Positions 8,252 through 17,994 of a DNA stretch of 32,000 bases are shown here, one piece after another. Below the pieces are notes generated by a model. That model saw only the letters and a list, made by a program, of their open reading frames with translations. It was not told the origin of the DNA and made no database searches. The DNA lies in contig NC_004459.3 of assembly GCF_000039765.1 (NCBI RefSeq), positions 480,001 through 512,000 of the forward strand, written 5' to 3'. A program made the position numbers and the translations under genes. Every line of letters starts with the position of its first letter. The first letter of the stretch is position 1. The DNA is from Vibrio vulnificus CMCP6 (lineage in GTDB: Bacteria > Pseudomonadota > Gammaproteobacteria > Enterobacterales > Vibrionaceae).

Positions 8252-9919
8252 ATGGCTGAATACGTATATACCATGTCGCGGGTGAGCAAAATCGTGCCAC
8301 CTAAGCGTCAAATTCTTAAAGACATCTCTCTAAGCTTTTTCCCTGGTGCAAAAATCGGTGTTTTGGGCCTAAACGGTTCAGGTAAATCAACCTTATTGCG
8401 CATTATGGCAGGTCTGGATACCGATATTGATGGTGAAGCACGTCCACAACCCGGTTTGAAAGTGGGCTACCTTCCACAGGAGCCTGTTCTTGATGAAAGC
8501 AAAACCGTCCGCGAAGTGGTAGAAGAAGCCGTTGCCGATGTGGCGGGAGCATTGAAACGTCTTGATGAAGTGTACGCTGCTTATGCCGATCCTGATGCGG
8601 ATTTCGATGCGCTTGCAAAAGAACAAGGCGAGCTTGAAGCTCTGATTCAAGCGAAAGATGGTCATAACTTAGATAACGCGCTTGAGCGTGCTGCGGATGC
8701 ACTGCGTCTTCCAGAGTGGGATCAAAAAGTGGCGCACCTGTCCGGTGGTGAACGTCGCCGTGTGGCTATTTGTCGTCTACTGCTTGAAAAACCAGATATG
8801 CTGCTGCTTGACGAACCAACCAACCACTTGGATGCTGAATCTGTCGCTTGGCTTGAACGCTTCTTGGTGGATTACTCAGGCACTGTTGTGGCCATCACCC
8901 ACGACCGTTACTTCCTAGACAACGCTGCAGGCTGGATTTTGGAACTTGACCGTGGTGAAGGTATTCCATGGCAAGGTAACTACACCTCGTGGCTAGAGCA
9001 AAAAGATGCGCGTCTACAACAAGAAGCCTCTCAAGAAAAAGCTCGTCAGAAAACCATTGAGAAAGAACTGGAATGGGTTCGTCAAAATCCAAAAGGTCGC
9101 CAAGCCAAATCTAAAGCGCGTATGGCACGCTTTGAAGAGCTACAGAACACCGATCACCAGAAACGTAACGAAACCAACGAGTTGTTCATCCCACCAGGTG
9201 AGCGCTTAGGTGATAAAGTCATCGAAGTGAAGAATTTGACTAAGTCATTTGACGGCCGTGTTCTGATCGACGATCTTTCATTCAGCATGCCTAAAGGGGC
9301 TATCGTCGGCATCATCGGTGCCAACGGTGCGGGTAAATCAACCCTATTCAAGATGCTGAGTGGTGTTGAGCAGCCTGATTCCGGTACTATCGAGATGGGC
9401 GAAACGGTGAAGTTGGCGTCAGTTGATCAGTTCCGTGATTCAATGAACGATAAAAACACCATATTCCAAGAGATCTCTGAAGGTGCGGACATCATCAAGA
9501 TCAACAACTTCGAACTTCCAGCGCGAGCTTACTGCTCACGTTTTAATTTCAAAGGCGTGGATCAGCAGAAAGTAATCGGCGAACTCTCGGGTGGTGAGCG
9601 TAACCGTGTTCACTTAGCGAAGCTGCTCAAAGCCGGTGGCAACGTTCTCTTACTGGACGAACCAACCAACGACCTTGACGTTGAAACACTGCGTGCACTA
9701 GAAGAAGCGCTGCTTGAGTTCCCTGGCTGTGCTATGGTGATCTCGCACGACCGTTGGTTCCTCGACCGTATTGCGACTCACATCATTGATTACCGTGACG
9801 AAGGTCAGGTTAACTTCTACGAAGGCAACTATACTGAGTACATGGAGTGGCTGAAGAAGACTCTTGGTCCTGCGGCAGCGGAACCACACCGTATCAAATA
9901 CAAGCGTATGACTAAGTAA
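8252..9919 (+). CDS. ettA: Energy-dependent translational throttle protein EttA (ABC-F)
   Basis: Two ABC domains (GLNGSGKSTLLR, GANGAGKSTLFK; two LSGGE motifs), 555 aa, N-term MAEYVYTMSRVSKIVPPKRQILKDISLSFF. Confidence 0.96.
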   Translation: MAEYVYTMSRVSKIVPPKRQILKDISLSFFPGAKIGVLGLNGSGKSTLLRIMAGLDTDIDGEARPQPGLKVGYLPQEPVLDESKTVREVVEEAVADVAGALKRLDEVYAAYADPDADFDALAKEQGELEALIQAKDGHNLDNALERAADALRLPEWDQKVAHLSGGERRRVAICRLLLEKPDMLLLDEPTNHLDAESVAWLERFLVDYSGTVVAITHDRYFLDNAAGWILELDRGEGIPWQGNYTSWLEQKDARLQQEASQEKARQKTIEKELEWVRQNPKGRQAKSKARMARFEELQNTDHQKRNETNELFIPPGERLGDKVIEVKNLTKSFDGRVLIDDLSFSMPKGAIVGIIGANGAGKSTLFKMLSGVEQPDSGTIEMGETVKLASVDQFRDSMNDKNTIFQEISEGADIIKINNFELPARAYCSRFNFKGVDQQKVIGELSGGERNRVHLAKLLKAGGNVLLLDEPTNDLDVETLRALEEALLEFPGCAMVISHDRWFLDRIATHIIDYRDEGQVNFYEGNYTEYMEWLKKTLGPAAAEPHRIKYKRMTK

Positions 9920-9942
9920 TCGATTATTGCTTGAAATTTGTG

Positions 9943-9973
9943 CAAAGGCCGCTAATATAGCGGCCTTTGTTTT
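9943..9973 (+). terminator. Rho-independent terminator downstream of ettA
   Basis: CAAAGGCCGCTA-ATA-TAGCGGCCTTTG-TTTT (12-bp perfect stem). Confidence 0.93.
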
Positions 9974-10035
9974 AATTACGGTCTACTGTTCCCATTGCCA
10001 TCCAGCCCGAAAACGGAAACTTTGAGAGAGTAAAT

Positions 10036-10410
10036 ATGGCTGAACGACGTCGATTTTCACGCATCATGTATCAAGTCCCTGCGATAGTGAAACAGGGGCA
10101 ATATGTGTTGCATACTACGATTCAGGATCTCTCACTGCACGGGCTGTTGTTACGTACTGATTCAATGCATACGTTAAGGAACAACGACACTGTGTTGGTG
10201 GACTTCACACTTTCTGATAGTGATATTGATATCAGTCTCGAAGCAGATGTTGTGGGCTTTGATCAACAGACAATTAGACTTAAAATTACCCACATTGATA
10301 TAGATAGTATCAGTCATTTAAAACGCTTGGTTGAACTAAATGTGGGTGATGACGCGCTGCTTCATCGAGAAATAGAACATTTGTCTGATCTCGGTGACGA
10401 AGCAAGTTAG
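10036..10410 (+). CDS. PilZ domain protein (putative c-di-GMP receptor)
   Basis: MAERRRFSRI...(RxxxR) and DLSLHGLLLRT (D/NxSxxG), 124 aa. Confidence 0.83.
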   Translation: MAERRRFSRIMYQVPAIVKQGQYVLHTTIQDLSLHGLLLRTDSMHTLRNNDTVLVDFTLSDSDIDISLEADVVGFDQQTIRLKITHIDIDSISHLKRLVELNVGDDALLHREIEHLSDLGDEAS

Positions 10411-10438
10411 ATTGCCTGACTAATATAATCATGTAGCT

Positions 10439-11443
10439 ATGTCGAAAAAAATTACTATGCAGATCCCCACTAAAAATGGGGATCAGCTTTTTTATTTGGG
10501 TAAAGGTACCGTTGCTACCCTACTGCTCTCTATCACCGCTTTTCCACTGGTACTCGGTGGCGGGTGGTATTGGTATCAGCAGCAAAGCGAACAATCCCAA
10601 CAATTGCGTGCTCAACTTGATGTATTGACATCAGAAAAGCAGCAATTGATGGCCGACTACCAAGAACAGCTTGATACCAATCACTCTCTGTCGCAGACGT
10701 TAACCGAAAAAAGCAACCAAATTCAGTTGCTAGGCAAACGGGTATTTGATGTGGAATCCGTACTCGGCATTGCCGATGAAGAGATCATCGTCGATGAGAA
10801 CTCTCTGGAAGAGCGCATCGATACCGCTGCTATTGACTCTGCGGTACGAGCCACCATGTTCCGTTTGATCCCAAATGATTCACCAATGTCTTACTTGCGT
10901 GTCTCTTCTTCGTTTGGACGTCGAACCAATCCTATCTCTGGTAAACGCCATACCCATACCGGTATTGATCTCACTTGTAAACGCGGGGAAGAAATCGTGG
11001 CACCTGCCGATGGGGTGATTGAGACGGTACGCCCAAGTAAGAAAGGCTTTGGCAACTTCATCACCATGCGTCATTCCTTTGGTTTCATGAGCTCTTATGC
11101 GCATTTGCAGAGCTTCAAAGTCAAAAGTGGCCAATTTGTCAGCAAGGGCGATGTGATTGCCACCTGTGGTAACTCAGGGAATTCAACTGGCCCTCACTTG
11201 CATTACGAAGTGCGTTTTTTAGGCCGAGCCCTCAATCCACAGTACACCATGGATTGGAACCAAGAGAACTTCAACTATCTGTTTGAAAAAGAGAAAACGG
11301 TTAAATGGAGTCCTTTGGTCAAGATGATTGATAACGTGGTTCGCTTACAAGTCAATCTCACTAAATCCCCCTATCGTGACACCAGTATTGACACGGTTTC
11401 CAGCGAAGAGAATAGCCTCGACCCAAGCTTGCAAACCAACTAA
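10439..11443 (+). CDS. M23 family metallopeptidase, membrane-anchored
   Basis: N-terminal TM segment, coiled coil, then SSFGRRTNPISGKRHTHTGIDLTCKRGEEIVAPADGVI ... GNSGNSTGPHLHYEVRF. Confidence 0.9.
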   Translation: MSKKITMQIPTKNGDQLFYLGKGTVATLLLSITAFPLVLGGGWYWYQQQSEQSQQLRAQLDVLTSEKQQLMADYQEQLDTNHSLSQTLTEKSNQIQLLGKRVFDVESVLGIADEEIIVDENSLEERIDTAAIDSAVRATMFRLIPNDSPMSYLRVSSSFGRRTNPISGKRHTHTGIDLTCKRGEEIVAPADGVIETVRPSKKGFGNFITMRHSFGFMSSYAHLQSFKVKSGQFVSKGDVIATCGNSGNSTGPHLHYEVRFLGRALNPQYTMDWNQENFNYLFEKEKTVKWSPLVKMIDNVVRLQVNLTKSPYRDTSIDTVSSEENSLDPSLQTN

Positions 11444-11467
11444 CGCAATGGGTAAGCCGAAAATAGA

Positions 11468-11493
11468 AAGAGCAGCATCAGGCTGCTCTTTTT
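11468..11493 (+). terminator. Rho-independent terminator after the M23 peptidase gene
   Basis: AAGAGCAGC-ATCAG-GCTGCTCTT-TTT. Confidence 0.85.
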
Positions 11494-11515
11494 CTATTTC
11501 TAATACGCTTAAATG

Positions 11516-12643
11516 TTAATCACGATGCAAGTTGTCATTCGCTTGTTTGAGTAAATTTTGGCTTTCCGCCATAAACTGCTGCGAATACCCCCCAAACCAA
11601 TCACTCACTTGCGTGAAACGTTCAACAAAACGCGCTTTATCGTGCTGATCTAACATCTCTAGTGCCTCGCCAAAGCGGCGATGGAAACGCTTGATCATGT
11701 CGATGTTCTCTTGCGACGAAAGAATAATGTCGCCATACAAGTTTGGATCTTGGGCAAACAGACGCCCTACCATCGCTAACTCAAGACGGTAAATAGGCGA
11801 GCTCAGTTTCAGCAGTTTATCGAGACTTGGATTTTCCTGACTCAAATGCATGCCGTACGCAAAGGACGTAAAGTGCCTTAACGCTTGAATTAACGTCATG
11901 CCATGGTCGTGTTCGCTGGCCTCAATTTGGCACAAGCTTGCCCCCCAAATCTTAAACTGCTGCAGTAACCACTGATATTGCTCAGCACCTCGACCATCAC
12001 AGTAGACAATCACTTGCTTGGCTAAACTCGGCACATCGGGACCAAACATAGGGTGCAAACCAACAACCGGCCCAGAGTGCACATCGAGCATGGTTTTCAG
12101 CGGCTTCGACTTGATCGAAGTAAGGTCACACAAGATGCAATCCGATGGTAGTTGGGTCAGCTTTTCAATCACTCCTTGGGTTAAATGAATCGGCACGGTA
12201 ACCACCACCAATCCTGCCCCATCCAATATCTCATCAGCGAGGTGCCAATCCTTACTGCCTAAGATTTTGACCTGGTAACCCGAGAGGGTAAACATGCGAG
12301 CAAACAGGCCACCTAATTGACCATGGCCGCCAATAATTACCACAGAGCGCAGCTCAGGATTCAAACATTTAAAACCGGAGTCTTTTTCACTGGCATAAGA
12401 TTCGCGCATGGTACGTCGCAAAATATCTTCAATAAGCTGTGGTGGCACACCGATTTTTTCGGCTTCTGCACGACGAGAAGCCAGCATCGCCGCTTCTCTA
12501 TCGGGTGCATAAATCGGTAAGCCATGTTGGCTTTTCACATGGCCAACTTGCTCTACCAATGCCAAGCGCTGAGCCAATAGCTCCAACATCTGTTTGTCTA
12601 CTGCATCAATCTGTTCACGCAATGCGTTCAGTTCAACTGCCAT
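11516..12643 (-). CDS. tyrA: Bifunctional chorismate mutase / prephenate dehydrogenase
   Basis: N-term [36 protein letters not shown]-binding [18 protein letters not shown]. Confidence 0.96.
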   Translation of the reverse strand: MAVELNALREQIDAVDKQMLELLAQRLALVEQVGHVKSQHGLPIYAPDREAAMLASRRAEAEKIGVPPQLIEDILRRTMRESYASEKDSGFKCLNPELRSVVIIGGHGQLGGLFARMFTLSGYQVKILGSKDWHLADEILDGAGLVVVTVPIHLTQGVIEKLTQLPSDCILCDLTSIKSKPLKTMLDVHSGPVVGLHPMFGPDVPSLAKQVIVYCDGRGAEQYQWLLQQFKIWGASLCQIEASEHDHGMTLIQALRHFTSFAYGMHLSQENPSLDKLLKLSSPIYRLELAMVGRLFAQDPNLYGDIILSSQENIDMIKRFHRRFGEALEMLDQHDKARFVERFTQVSDWFGGYSQQFMAESQNLLKQANDNLHRD

Positions 12644-12662
12644 GATTTACCTTGCTCTATCC

Positions 12663-13733
12663 TTATTTGAGACGGTTTTCTAAATGTGGCACTAACTCTT
12701 TGTGTGCTTTACGCAATAGTGCCTCAGTTGCCTGCCAATTGATACAGGCATCGGTAATAGAAACACCGTACCGCATCTCAGAAAGCGGTAAATCTGAGGA
12801 TTGATTACCTTCATTAATGTGGCTTTCAATCATCAAACCAATGATCGATTTGTTGCCTTCGCGAATTTGATGAATCACGTCTTCGGCGACTAAAGGCTGA
12901 CGACGGTAATCTTTGCGTGAATTGGCATGGCTACAATCCACCATCAATGACGCATCTAAACCCACTTTGGCCATGTCTTGCTCACACTCCGCCACCGACA
13001 CAGAATCGTAGTTGGTCTGCTTACCACCACGCAAAATCACGTGACCATTTGGGTTACCTTGAGTCGTCAGCAATGCCACTTGGCCTTCACGGTTGATCCC
13101 CATAAAACGGTGGCTTGAAGAGGCCGCTTGCATTGCGTTGATCGCCGTTGACAAGCTGCCATCCGTGCCATTTTTAAAACCAATCGGCATAGACAAACCA
13201 CTGGCCATTTCACGGTGAGTTTGTGATTCTGTCGTACGCGCACCAATCGCAGCCCAACTGAATGTATCAGCCAAGTATTGCGGGCTAATTGGGTCGAGTG
13301 CTTCTGTCGCCAGAGGGATCTCCATTTCAGCCAGCTCCACCAGCAATTGACGGCCAACATGCAGACCATGCTCAATATCGAAGCTACCATCCAGATGAGG
13401 GTCGTTGATGAGCCCTTTCCAACCCACAGTAGTACGAGGTTTTTCAAAGTAAACACGCATCACAATATACAGTTGATCGCTTAACTCGGCGGAGAGCGCT
13501 TTTAGGCGACGCGCGTAATCCTTTGCCGCGTCCAGATCGTGAATAGAACAAGGACCACAAACCACCAGCAGACGATGATCTTGCTTATGAATAATATTGG
13601 CGACGGTATTACGCGACTCTTGAATGAAGCGGCGGGCGTTGTCGCTCAGTGGCAGTTTCTGTTTTAGCTGTTCTGGCGTAATCAGCACTTGTTCATCGCT
13701 GATATTAATATTGCTTAGTTCACTTTTCTGCAT
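12663..13733 (-). CDS. aroF: 3-deoxy-7-phosphoheptulonate synthase, AroF-like (Tyr-regulated type)
   Basis: LLVVCGPCSIHDLD, MRVYFEKPRTTVGWKGLINDPHLDGSFD; operon with tyrA. The track begins at TTG 13742; ATG at 13731-13733 (MQKSELSN...) aligns with typical AroF starts. Confidence 0.92.
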   Translation of the reverse strand: MQKSELSNINISDEQVLITPEQLKQKLPLSDNARRFIQESRNTVANIIHKQDHRLLVVCGPCSIHDLDAAKDYARRLKALSAELSDQLYIVMRVYFEKPRTTVGWKGLINDPHLDGSFDIEHGLHVGRQLLVELAEMEIPLATEALDPISPQYLADTFSWAAIGARTTESQTHREMASGLSMPIGFKNGTDGSLSTAINAMQAASSSHRFMGINREGQVALLTTQGNPNGHVILRGGKQTNYDSVSVAECEQDMAKVGLDASLMVDCSHANSRKDYRRQPLVAEDVIHQIREGNKSIIGLMIESHINEGNQSSDLPLSEMRYGVSITDACINWQATEALLRKAHKELVPHLENRLK

Positions 13734-13744
13734 GACACTCAACC

Positions 13745-13762
13745 TGTATATTATTTTTTACA
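13745..13762. promoter_or_regulatory. TyrR-like box, proximal to aroF start
   Basis: TGTATA-TTATTT-TTTACA, one mismatch to TGTAAA-N6-TTTACA. Confidence 0.65.
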
Positions 13763-13828
13763 CCCTCATATCCCTGAGAGTCGAAATCTGTTTGAACACA
13801 AGTTAACAGGGTTGAATTAAAAATCAAC

Positions 13829-13869
13829 CGTAAACAATAAAAAACATCAAGTGTAAAAAATAAATTACA
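13829..13869. promoter_or_regulatory. TyrR-like box pair upstream of aroF
   Basis: Strong TGTAAA-AAATAA-ATTACA (13852-13869, one mismatch) beside weak CGTAAA-CAATAA-AAAACA (13829-13846), 23 bp offset. Confidence 0.7.
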
Positions 13870-13873
13870 CATT

Positions 13874-13905
13874 ATAAAAAAACCAAAGCGCCTCGCTTTG
13901 GTTTT
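13874..13905. terminator. Terminator downstream of nagZ (T7 on minus strand; TTTT on plus)
   Basis: AACCAAAGCG-CCT-CGCTTTGGTT flanked by an A-run and T-run. Confidence 0.88.
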
Positions 13906-13928
13906 CAAGTTCGTCTTTTGTTAAGTTT

Positions 13929-14927
13929 TTAGTGGCCCAGTATGCGTAGCATGTTTTCTCTTGCTTCTTTCCATTGCGGCGCCAATTTCAGTTCAGAAAG
14001 GCTGAAGCTGCGTTTCTTCAACAAGGATAATGCCAAGGGAACCTCGACTATAGGCAGTGCGTCCAAGGCTGCCACTTGTGCATCGCGTTTATTGCACATC
14101 AAAAGCATGTCACAGCCCGCATTCAATGCTTGTAAAGCCCTATCTGCAGGGCCTCCCATCACGGCAGCCCCTTCCATGGTGAGATCATCAGAAAAAATTA
14201 AGCCCTTGAACCCCAATTGCTGGCGTAATACCTGTTTTAACCAATATTCTGAACCACTCGCTGGTTGAGGATCGTAATGCGGGTAAATCACATGCGCGGG
14301 CATCATGGCGTCTAATAAGCCTGCGTCTATTTGCGTTTTGAAGATTGCCATATCCTGCTCAACAATATCGCTTCGTTGGTCAAACGGGGTTTCAAGATGC
14401 GAATCTGCCACCACGCCGCCATGACCAGGGAAGTGTTTGCCCGTTGTTGCCATCCCCACCGCTTTCATGCCCTGCATGTAGGCACTGCTATGGCGCAAAA
14501 TAGTCTGCGTATCTTCACCAAACGCTCGATTGCCAATCGCTTTACATCCAAAGCCTTGGTCTAACACGGGGGCAAAACTCAGGTCGATATCATGAGCAAT
14601 CAGTTCGGCCGCCATCAGCCAACCGCCCATTTGTGCCATCGCTTCCCCATTGGCCTGTTTGGCATATTCTGCCGCGGCGGGAATCAGAGAAAAACCCTCA
14701 CGGAAACGCTGAACTCGCCCTCCCTCTTGGTCGACACCAATCAGAAAAGGACGTTTGACCACTTGGCGAATGGCAGAAGTGAGCGCCAACAGTTGTTCAC
14801 TATCGTGATAGTTGCGGGTAAATAAGATCAATCCGCCAACGGATGGATGCTGTAAAATTTCTTTGTCTTCTGCATTCAGTTCATAACCTGCGACATCAAC
14901 CCAAAGTGGCCCCATTTTTCTCTCCAA
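13929..14927 (-). CDS. nagZ: Beta-N-acetylhexosaminidase NagZ
   Basis: [41 protein letters not shown] (catalytic loop), [11 protein letters not shown]. Confidence 0.96.
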   Translation of the reverse strand: MERKMGPLWVDVAGYELNAEDKEILQHPSVGGLILFTRNYHDSEQLLALTSAIRQVVKRPFLIGVDQEGGRVQRFREGFSLIPAAAEYAKQANGEAMAQMGGWLMAAELIAHDIDLSFAPVLDQGFGCKAIGNRAFGEDTQTILRHSSAYMQGMKAVGMATTGKHFPGHGGVVADSHLETPFDQRSDIVEQDMAIFKTQIDAGLLDAMMPAHVIYPHYDPQPASGSEYWLKQVLRQQLGFKGLIFSDDLTMEGAAVMGGPADRALQALNAGCDMLLMCNKRDAQVAALDALPIVEVPLALSLLKKRSFSLSELKLAPQWKEARENMLRILGH

Positions 14928-14966
14928 AATCGACGGAATATCTCAAACTCATCGAGGTTATTCCGA

Positions 14967-16130
14967 ATGAATTTGCATTACAATGGTTTGCATGATGAAA
15001 ACACAATGGAATTGAGTGTGAGCACAAAAGAGTTATATATCGGTGTCATGTCCGGCACGAGTATGGATGGGGTAGATTGTGCCCTCGTGGAGTTCGACCA
15101 AGAGCAAGTCCGCTTAATTGCCCACAGTGACTACCCGATGCCAGCAGATTTGCGCCAAAAACTGCTCTCCGTTTGCACCGGGCAAGCCACCAACTTAAAG
15201 CAGATTGGCGAACTTGATCACCGCCTCGGTCATCTTTTTGCCGATGCCGTGATGGATTTGCTCAGCCAAGCAGGCGTCGACACGAGCCAGATTCGCGCTA
15301 TCGGTAATCATGGCCAAACGGTATTTCATCAACCGAATGGCGAGTTTCCTTTTACCACCCAATTGGGCGACGCCAACATTATTGCCACCCGCACCAACAT
15401 TGACACCGTGGCAGATTTTCGTCGCAAAGACATGGCATTGGGCGGCCAGGGCGCCCCTTTGGTTCCGGCTTTTCATCAAAGTGTATTTGCGCTGCAAGAT
15501 TCCACTACCGTGGTGTTGAACATCGGCGGGATTGCCAATATCTCAGTGCTCCACCCAACTCGCCCTGTTCTTGGTTACGACACAGGACCTGGGAATATGT
15601 TGATGGATGCTTGGTGTGAAACACACACACAACAGAATTACGACAAAGACGCACGGTTTGCTCTTCAAGGAGAGGTGAATGAGGCGTTACTGAATACGCT
15701 GTTGCAAGAGCCTTATTTGCATCAAGATGCCCCAAAGAGCACAGGGCGCGAGCTTTTCAATATGGAATGGTTGACAGCAAAACTGCAAGGGCAGAACTAT
15801 CGAAGCGAAGATGTACAGCGCACCTTGTGTGAGTACACCGCCTTAACCATTAGTAAAGAAGTTGAGCGCTTTCGCTATGGTCCAACACCGCAGTTGCTGG
15901 TTTGTGGTGGCGGCGCACGTAACCCACTGTTGATGCAACGATTGCAGCAACAGCTGTCTCACTGGCAGGTCTCAACGACCGATGCAAAAGGGGTCAGTGG
16001 GGACTACATGGAAGCCATGGCGTTTGCTTGGTTGGCCTATCGCCACCTGCACCGCTTACCAAGCAATCTACCCGAAGTGACTGGCGCGAGCCGCTTGGCA
16101 AGCCTCGGTGTACTCTATTCCAAAGCCTAG
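14967..16130 (+). CDS. anmK: Anhydro-N-acetylmuramic acid kinase
   Basis: LYIGVMSGTSMDGVDCALVEF, NIGGIANISVL, LLVCGGGARNPLLM. The true start may be the internal ATG at 15006. Confidence 0.94.
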   Translation: MNLHYNGLHDENTMELSVSTKELYIGVMSGTSMDGVDCALVEFDQEQVRLIAHSDYPMPADLRQKLLSVCTGQATNLKQIGELDHRLGHLFADAVMDLLSQAGVDTSQIRAIGNHGQTVFHQPNGEFPFTTQLGDANIIATRTNIDTVADFRRKDMALGGQGAPLVPAFHQSVFALQDSTTVVLNIGGIANISVLHPTRPVLGYDTGPGNMLMDAWCETHTQQNYDKDARFALQGEVNEALLNTLLQEPYLHQDAPKSTGRELFNMEWLTAKLQGQNYRSEDVQRTLCEYTALTISKEVERFRYGPTPQLLVCGGGARNPLLMQRLQQQLSHWQVSTTDAKGVSGDYMEAMAFAWLAYRHLHRLPSNLPEVTGASRLASLGVLYSKA

Positions 16131-16171
16131 ATGAAATGCGGTGACGGGTCGATGCCTGTCACCGCGTGAAA

Positions 16172-17968
16172 TTAGGCTTCTTGCACCTTGATCAAAGAGA
16201 CTATCGTCTCGCCTTCTTTTGGCGAGAAGTTCGCACTGTTGTGGCAAATTTGCACACGCCCATTGGTATCCACCACAAACAGCGGCAATACGTAATTATT
16301 CGCGTGCGTCTCACGATAATCTGCGTACGTGTAGTTTTCACTGATCTTGGTGTGACGCACTTCCGCCCCTTGATTGATCAGACTGGCTAACTTTTTATAA
16401 CTGATCGCTTCATCTAAGAATGGCAGCCCCTTGTAACCATCGGACACCGAATGTTTGTCACCCGAGCCATTGCCATTGGACTTATCGTATAAACAGAAAA
16501 TCCGCTTATCACTGAAGTCGTTGAGAAAGTGCATACACGCCATAATGTTGAAGTAGCGATCAGGACTCAGCGCCACCACATGCCCGATGCCAATTAAGTT
16601 GAGGTACTCATCAGCATGGCTCGATACCGGATTCCCAAAGTAGTGATCCAAGCCTGCCATGCGTGCTTGACGAATGTAATCCCAGTTCGAATCCGTTAAC
16701 ACCACGCGGCAATCGTACTTGTTGATTGCCTGCGCTAATGTACGCGCGACATCGTTCGCACCGATGATCAAGAAACCTTTTGGAGCGGGTTCTGACACCC
16801 CTAGTGCCACCGCCACTGGCCGAGCCGTTGCACTTTGCAGCACCACAGTGCCAATAATCACCATAAAGGTAAGTGGCACTAACAACGCAGCCTCAGACAT
16901 GCCGAGTGATTCTAACTTGATCGCAAATAACGACGAAATGGACGCGGCGACAATGCCACGCGGTGCCACCCAAGCCAGAAAGGCCTTTTCCTTACCATTA
17001 AGCGAGCTGCGCAGCGTCGCAAGATAGATAGAGACCGGGCGAGAGACAAACTGAATAAACGCGAATAAGACCAAGGCGCTGATGCCGAGTGTGTAAAAGT
17101 CTTCCGGCTGGATACGCGCCGCCAACAAAATGAACAAGCCAGTAATGAAGAGAATGGTGAGATGCTCTTTAAAGTGAAGAATATGCTTGATATCCACCCC
17201 TTTGGAGTTGGCTAACCACATCCCCATCACAGTGACCGTTAATAAACCCGATTCATGCTCCAGATGATTCGAGAGCGCAAACACGCCCAGCACTAAGCTT
17301 AAAACGGCAAACGGTTGTAGGTATTCAGGCAGCCAGCCACGGCGCAGTACCACCGCGAGAAACTGACCAAACAGAACGCCTAATCCAAGGCCAATGGCCA
17401 GAATCCACGCCAATACCACCAAACTGTGCGTTTCACTGCTGGAGACAATGAACTCATACACCATCACCACAAACAGAGCACCGAGCGGATCGATTAAAAT
17501 CCCTTCCCAACGTAAAATATTGGAGAGGCGCGTCGATGGCCTAACGGTGCGCAGCAGCGGCACAATCACCGTTGGTCCGGTGACCACGGTCAAGCTACCA
17601 AACAACAACGCAAGCGGCCAATCAAACCCCAGCAGATAGTGAGTTGCGGTACTGGTTAACCCCCATGAAACCACCGCACCGAGTGTAACTATGCTCCAAA
17701 CGGTGTTACTGACACCGCGTATTTCGCGAAAGTTCAGCGTTAAGCTGCCTTCAAACAGAATCACAGCGACCGCTAATGACACCATAGGAAAAAGCAAATC
17801 TCCCAAAAGCAGCTCTGGCTGAAGCCAGCCACTCACCGGCCCAACCAATAAGCCCGCCACCAATAAAAATAGAATTGCAGGCAGTTTTAACCGCCAAGCA
17901 AACCACTGACAAGCAAGCCCTATTACCCCTATACCAGCAAGCCATAATGCGGTTGTTTCGGTTTGCAT
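16172..17968 (-). CDS. NhaP-type cation:proton antiporter with C-terminal TrkA-N/RCK-like domain
   Basis: 12-13 TM-like hydrophobic segments, VTGPTVIVPLLRTVRP, LRWEGILIDPLGAL, C-terminal IIGANDVARTLAQAINKYDCRVVLTD. Confidence 0.85.
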   Translation of the reverse strand: MQTETTALWLAGIGVIGLACQWFAWRLKLPAILFLLVAGLLVGPVSGWLQPELLLGDLLFPMVSLAVAVILFEGSLTLNFREIRGVSNTVWSIVTLGAVVSWGLTSTATHYLLGFDWPLALLFGSLTVVTGPTVIVPLLRTVRPSTRLSNILRWEGILIDPLGALFVVMVYEFIVSSSETHSLVVLAWILAIGLGLGVLFGQFLAVVLRRGWLPEYLQPFAVLSLVLGVFALSNHLEHESGLLTVTVMGMWLANSKGVDIKHILHFKEHLTILFITGLFILLAARIQPEDFYTLGISALVLFAFIQFVSRPVSIYLATLRSSLNGKEKAFLAWVAPRGIVAASISSLFAIKLESLGMSEAALLVPLTFMVIIGTVVLQSATARPVAVALGVSEPAPKGFLIIGANDVARTLAQAINKYDCRVVLTDSNWDYIRQARMAGLDHYFGNPVSSHADEYLNLIGIGHVVALSPDRYFNIMACMHFLNDFSDKRIFCLYDKSNGNGSGDKHSVSDGYKGLPFLDEAISYKKLASLINQGAEVRHTKISENYTYADYRETHANNYVLPLFVVDTNGRVQICHNSANFSPKEGETIVSLIKVQEA

Positions 17969-17994
17969 ATCCGTTGCCTCATCCGTTGGGTTAA

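Noticed and set aside
13067-13456. 129-aa minus-strand ORF inside aroF
   Set aside because: Alternative-frame shadow of a strongly conserved enzyme gene; no family resemblance.
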